Assembly: GCA_043739185.1 (NCBI GenBank)
Contig: JAYUEN010000453.1
Coordinates: 1-10,577 of the forward strand
Length of the DNA stretch: 10,577 bases
Direction: 5' to 3'
Source: Bdellovibrionales bacterium
GTDB taxonomy: Bacteria > Bdellovibrionota > Bdellovibrionia > Bdellovibrionales > JAMPXM01
The notes under the pieces are model-generated. The model was not told the DNA's origin and did no database searches. It was given only the letters and a program-made list of their open reading frames with translations. Positions 7,674-10,577 of the stretch are shown here, in pieces (position 1 is the stretch's first letter; the number at the start of each line of letters is the position of its first letter). The translations under genes and the position numbers were made by a program.

Positions 7674-8728
7674 AGTTTGCCCAAAAGACCTCCAAGAGGA
7701 TCATTAAAAAGGCCGCCAAAGTGAAAGCCAAAAAGAGCATACTGAAAATCGCAAAATATGGCCAATTTTTATCATCACGTCCGGAAGGTCGAGAAGCGGC
7801 CCTAGCGGCATGGGCATATCACGAAAATTTGAAAAAGAGTTCGACGGTCAAATTCGATTTCACGGGGATTATTGTGATGACGCCTTCGTGGTTGTCTGAA
7901 TTTGTAAATACACTTAGGGACTGTGGTATAAAAAAAATTGAATATCTGACGGAACAAAATCTTTCAGTTCGGCGATCAATTCAAGCTGTTCTTGCGGACG
8001 ATCAAAATCATAAAGTTCATCCGTGGCGTTTGTGTCCCACAGGTCAGCACTGGGTCCGGAAACACCCCCTTCGCGTGGCACCCAGTAAGAAACATCCCGA
8101 CGGTGAAGTCACGATCAGAAATGGCCATTGTGCAAGTAATCCGTCAGGTAAAGATCAACTATATCCGGACGAGATTAAGCAAATTTCCTCATCATTTTTT
8201 TCAAACTTGAGCAATGTTCCATGCCCAAGTAAGCTTGGGTTTGAGGATGGTGCAAAGTTTGATTCTTTAATCGCAGGTTGGGTGCAATACTGGAATGAGG
8301 TACTTATTCCAAAAGAATTTCTCGATCCAAATCTAGTAAAGGCACTTATCGCATCTGAGTCGAGCTTTAATGCAATTAAACTCGCAAGCAAAAAAGATTC
8401 AAATAGCGCCCGCGGATTAATGCAAATTTTAAACAAAACTCGAAAAATTATTGCGGATGAGTCAGGTGAGTTGAAAAATCATTACGTAACCGCAAACAAA
8501 AAGGATTTAGACGATCCAAATGTTAATATTTGTGCGGGCGTTCGTTGGCTTTTTAGAAAAAAAGATTTAGCTTCTTTAAAATTAAAGCGACCAGCTACTT
8601 GGGTTGAAGCTGCTGAAGAATATAAAGGTGATCTTAAGGGAATAATCAAAAAAGACAAGAAGTCCGTAAAGGATGTTGAACCATTTCTAAAACTTTTGAA
8701 GGAGCTTCAGGAATGCGCGAAAAAATAG
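7670..8728 (+). CDS. Fusion protein: Lys-rich tail + STAS-like (DUF4325-type) domain + Cys/His motif + lytic transglycosylase (SLT, GH23-like) domain
   Basis: YGQFLSSRPEGREA...VKFDFTGIIVMTPSWLSEFV (DUF4325-like), HPWRLCPTGQHWVRKH...GHC, then LDPNLVKALIASESSFN (catalytic Glu 8357-8359), ARGLMQI and LDDPNVNICAGVRWL (SLT motifs). Start set to ATG 7670 because of GGAG at 7660-7663 and the ATGA overlap with the upstream stop. Confidence 0.85.
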   Translation: MKFAQKTSKRIIKKAAKVKAKKSILKIAKYGQFLSSRPEGREAALAAWAYHENLKKSSTVKFDFTGIIVMTPSWLSEFVNTLRDCGIKKIEYLTEQNLSVRRSIQAVLADDQNHKVHPWRLCPTGQHWVRKHPLRVAPSKKHPDGEVTIRNGHCASNPSGKDQLYPDEIKQISSSFFSNLSNVPCPSKLGFEDGAKFDSLIAGWVQYWNEVLIPKEFLDPNLVKALIASESSFNAIKLASKKDSNSARGLMQILNKTRKIIADESGELKNHYVTANKKDLDDPNVNICAGVRWLFRKKDLASLKLKRPATWVEAAEEYKGDLKGIIKKDKKSVKDVEPFLKLLKELQECAKK

Positions 8729-9369
8729 AGCTTTTTAGGAATATATTTTTCTTAGCAATTTCGGCGATGATTTCAATAGCGAGTGCGAATTCTACACATC
8801 TTAATAAAATTAAATCTATTTATCCCTATGGTCTCATTGGTGATGATTTCGGGATTTTGAATTGGGAGGATTTGGCAGTCAATACCTGCTTTGCCTCAAT
8901 GACACCATTTTCTGAAGATAAAAGTATGGCCTATTCTTATTGGCAATGCTTCTTAAAGGCGGACGTAAAAGTAGAATGTGAGAGTTTGGGCTATGAACCC
9001 AGCGTAAAAATGGAATTGGCTTATTTTAATATTAATGTAAAAAACAAAATAGAAAACAATTTAGAAAAGAATTTGGGATTTAAAACTGGAGAGAGAGTTG
9101 CCGAGCAGTCTTACCTTGCCCGAGATCCGATGGATATTCGCTCTTGTAAAGAACTCTTAAAGAGTTACAAAAGAAAAACTCAAATACAAAAGTACGTTTG
9201 CATTTCAGGTTCTTTTAATAGCTTGGAATTACTTGAAAATGGCCAAAGGGAAGTCAATTGGGTTTTTGACAAGTTCAAAAACAAGAAGGGATGCGAAGCT
9301 TATAAAAGTGAATGTGAGTTAGAAGTTCCCTATAAAAAAAGCTGCATTGTTCCGAAAACCAAATTTTAA
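8713..9369 (+). CDS. Hypothetical exported Cys-rich protein (218 aa), candidate SLT inhibitor/immunity or partner
   Basis: Sec-type signal peptide (MREKIELFRNIFFLAISAMISIASA|N), 8 Cys, GGAG at 8701-8704, 16-bp overlap with the SLT gene. The function is inference. Confidence 0.75.
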   Translation: MREKIELFRNIFFLAISAMISIASANSTHLNKIKSIYPYGLIGDDFGILNWEDLAVNTCFASMTPFSEDKSMAYSYWQCFLKADVKVECESLGYEPSVKMELAYFNINVKNKIENNLEKNLGFKTGERVAEQSYLARDPMDIRSCKELLKSYKRKTQIQKYVCISGSFNSLELLENGQREVNWVFDKFKNKKGCEAYKSECELEVPYKKSCIVPKTKF

Positions 9370-9380
9370 AATGAGTTTAA

Positions 9381-9559
9381 TAGACCTCTTGCATATTAAG
9401 TCGCGGCCAAAGCCTTGTAATCCGCTCCATCCCTGCGTCTTCAGGTAAAAATAAGACTCAAAATACATTTTATGTATTCTTCGCCTTATTTTTACCTTCA
9501 ACCCTTGATATGGAGCGGATTCCTTCATTTTATCTCGCGATTAATATGCAAGACGTCTA
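9381..9559. repeat. ~179-bp nested-palindromic element / MITE-like repeat, copy 2 (inverted relative to copy 1)
   Basis: TAGACCTCTTGCATATTAA ... TTAATATGCAAGACGTCTA termini, AATCCGCTCCAT/ATGGAGCGGATT inner stem, AGGTAAAAATAAG/CTTATTTTTACCT central stem. Confidence 0.92.
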
Positions 9560-9674
9560 ATAGTTTCAAGTTTTTTAAACTTCATAAGGTGAAAACTAAG
9601 CAAGCCCAATCAAAAAGCTAGCTGGGGCCTAAGGCTCTGATTTAGTTATCTTTTAAGCCCAACCGAAGATTCTG

Positions 9675-9703
9675 TTGCAATTGTATATACTTGTATATAC
9701 AAT
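9675..9703 (+). promoter_or_regulatory. Sigma70 promoter overlapped by a tandem/palindromic operator
   Basis: TTGCAA (9675-9680), 17-bp spacer, TACAAT (9698-9703). TTGTATATAC occurs twice in tandem (9681-9700) and TTGTATATACAA (9691-9702) is a perfect palindrome. Confidence 0.75.
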
Positions 9704-9710
9704 ACAAGAT

Positions 9711-10184
9711 ATGCTGATTTATGAGTTGATTGATCATTTTGACCGAGCGAAGCTTAAATATGCAATTGTCGGAGGCTATGCGCTTGCCCTACATGGTCTG
9801 GTGCGGGCGACGATGGATGTTGATTTTGTTTTGTTTTTAAAGCTTGAGGATTATGAGTTAGCTGAAAAAACTTTGTTAAAAATGGGTCTTCAATCTCGTC
9901 TTCCGATTCGAGCACAAGAAGTTTTTAAAATGCGAAAAGAGTATATTGAAAAGAGAAATTTGATTGCGTGGTCTTTTGTAGACTTTAAGGATCCTTCTAA
10001 GCAAGTTGATATTTTGATAAACAAAGATTTAAAGGACCTAAAAACTGAAAAAATTTCAGTGGGCGGTCGAAAAATTTCAGTTGTGAGCTTACGGCAATTA
10101 TTGCAAATGAAAATTGAGACTGGCCGGCCTCAGGATTTGATCGACATTGAAAACATAAAGGCTAAATTAAATGAAAAAAACTAA
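9711..10184 (+). CDS. Pol-beta-superfamily nucleotidyltransferase (DUF6036/AbiEii-like small NTase, 157 aa)
   Basis: YAIVGGYALALHGLVRATMDVDF (GG...RxTxDxD) and MKIETGRPQDLIDI (K...R.xD..D). Start set to ATG 9711 because the track's TTG 9675 is the -35 box. Confidence 0.85.
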   Translation: MLIYELIDHFDRAKLKYAIVGGYALALHGLVRATMDVDFVLFLKLEDYELAEKTLLKMGLQSRLPIRAQEVFKMRKEYIEKRNLIAWSFVDFKDPSKQVDILINKDLKDLKTEKISVGGRKISVVSLRQLLQMKIETGRPQDLIDIENIKAKLNEKN

Positions 10185-10413
10185 ATCTGGCGAGAGTATT
10201 GTGACGCCAAGAATTTCTCCGTCCGATGCACTACGCTTTCTTGAAGATATGAGGTTGTTAACAACTGAAATCGATCGGCCGAGAGTGTCGATTAGTTTGA
10301 GGGTTCCGGCAAATTTACTTAATGCTTTAAAAACTAAAGCTAAGTCTGAGGGTAAAAAATATCAATCAATGATGCTTGAGATACTGCGCAAATCGCTTCG
10401 CGAAAGCTTATGA
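10171..10413 (+). CDS. CopG/BrnA-like ribbon-helix-helix protein, putative antitoxin/autorepressor (80 aa)
   Basis: C-terminal ISLRVPANLLNALKTKAKSEGKKYQSMMLEILR matches the CopG/BrnA antitoxin RHH pattern (ISLR...K..A...G..YQ). 14-bp overlap with the NTase gene. Confidence 0.85.
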   Translation: MKKTKSGESIVTPRISPSDALRFLEDMRLLTTEIDRPRVSISLRVPANLLNALKTKAKSEGKKYQSMMLEILRKSLRESL

Positions 10414-10577
10414 ACTGCGCGTTTTTAATTTGCGAGCCGTGCCACCAGGCGCTTTGCCGCTGACTTCATAGCCAATGGCCTTGAGCTCTTTTTCATCGAC
10501 ATTTAAAAAGCGCGACATTTCGCGAAAGTCATCCGGTTTTTGCCAGGCTGATAACTTCGGAAAATCGATGGTTCCGA
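10408..10577 (-). CDS. C-terminal fragment of an unknown protein entering from the right edge
   Basis: Open frame ...GTIDFPKLSAWQKPDDFREMSRFLNVDEKELKAIGYEVSGKAPGGTARKLKTRSS* ending at TAA 10410-10408, overlapping the RHH gene stop convergently. Confidence 0.55.
   Translation of the reverse strand, partial: GTIDFPKLSAWQKPDDFREMSRFLNVDEKELKAIGYEVSGKAPGGTARKLKTRSS

Noticed and set aside
7583..8436. ORFs 7583-7765 (-), 7992-8210 (+) and 8155-8436 (-)
   Set aside because: Nested in the kinase and SLT genes. 7992-8210 was considered as an embedded spanin-like lipoprotein but lacks a convincing hydrophobic signal, lipobox and RBS.
7089..9369. Operon as a prophage lysis cassette or classical two-component system
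   Set aside because: No holin-like membrane protein or phage genes in the window; the kinase has no evident HisKA or sensor region and there is no receiver domain.
9319..9528. 69-aa minus-strand ORF starting inside repeat copy 2
   Set aside because: The equivalent frame in copy 1 is shifted by a 1-nt indel and stops after 28 codons, so conservation fits structure rather than protein.
5073..9559. Repeats as CRISPR array, tRNA or autonomous IS
   Set aside because: Only two long copies 4 kb apart, no repeat-spacer periodicity, no cloverleaf, no transposase in the window.

Overview
AT-rich bacterial window; the gene mix is loosely suggestive of a Bdellovibrionota-like genome (inference only). 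The left part holds housekeeping-type genes: a compact, divergent phosphoenolpyruvate carboxylase (ppc, minus strand, runs off the left edge and is missing from the ORF track), a non-canonical FabD-like acyltransferase, a large lipoprotein with a good sigma54-type promoter, pgsA and a divergent exported START/SRPBCC-like protein. The right part is accessory. Its most notable element is an overlapping three-gene operon (7089-9369): a stand-alone RsbW-like GHKL ATPase/kinase, a fusion of a STAS-like (DUF4325-type) domain, a Cys/His motif and a soluble lytic transglycosylase (SLT) domain, and a signal-peptide protein with 8 Cys that could be an inhibitor or immunity protein. This suggests a phospho-switch-controlled peptidoglycan-cleaving effector with immunity. 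A nucleotidyltransferase + ribbon-helix-helix pair follows, with a clear promoter and palindromic operator (toxin-antitoxin-like). Two ~90% identical, ~180-bp nested-palindromic elements (5073-5250 and 9381-9559) lie in opposite orientation and show compensatory base changes. All calls come from reading motifs by eye; no database search was run.
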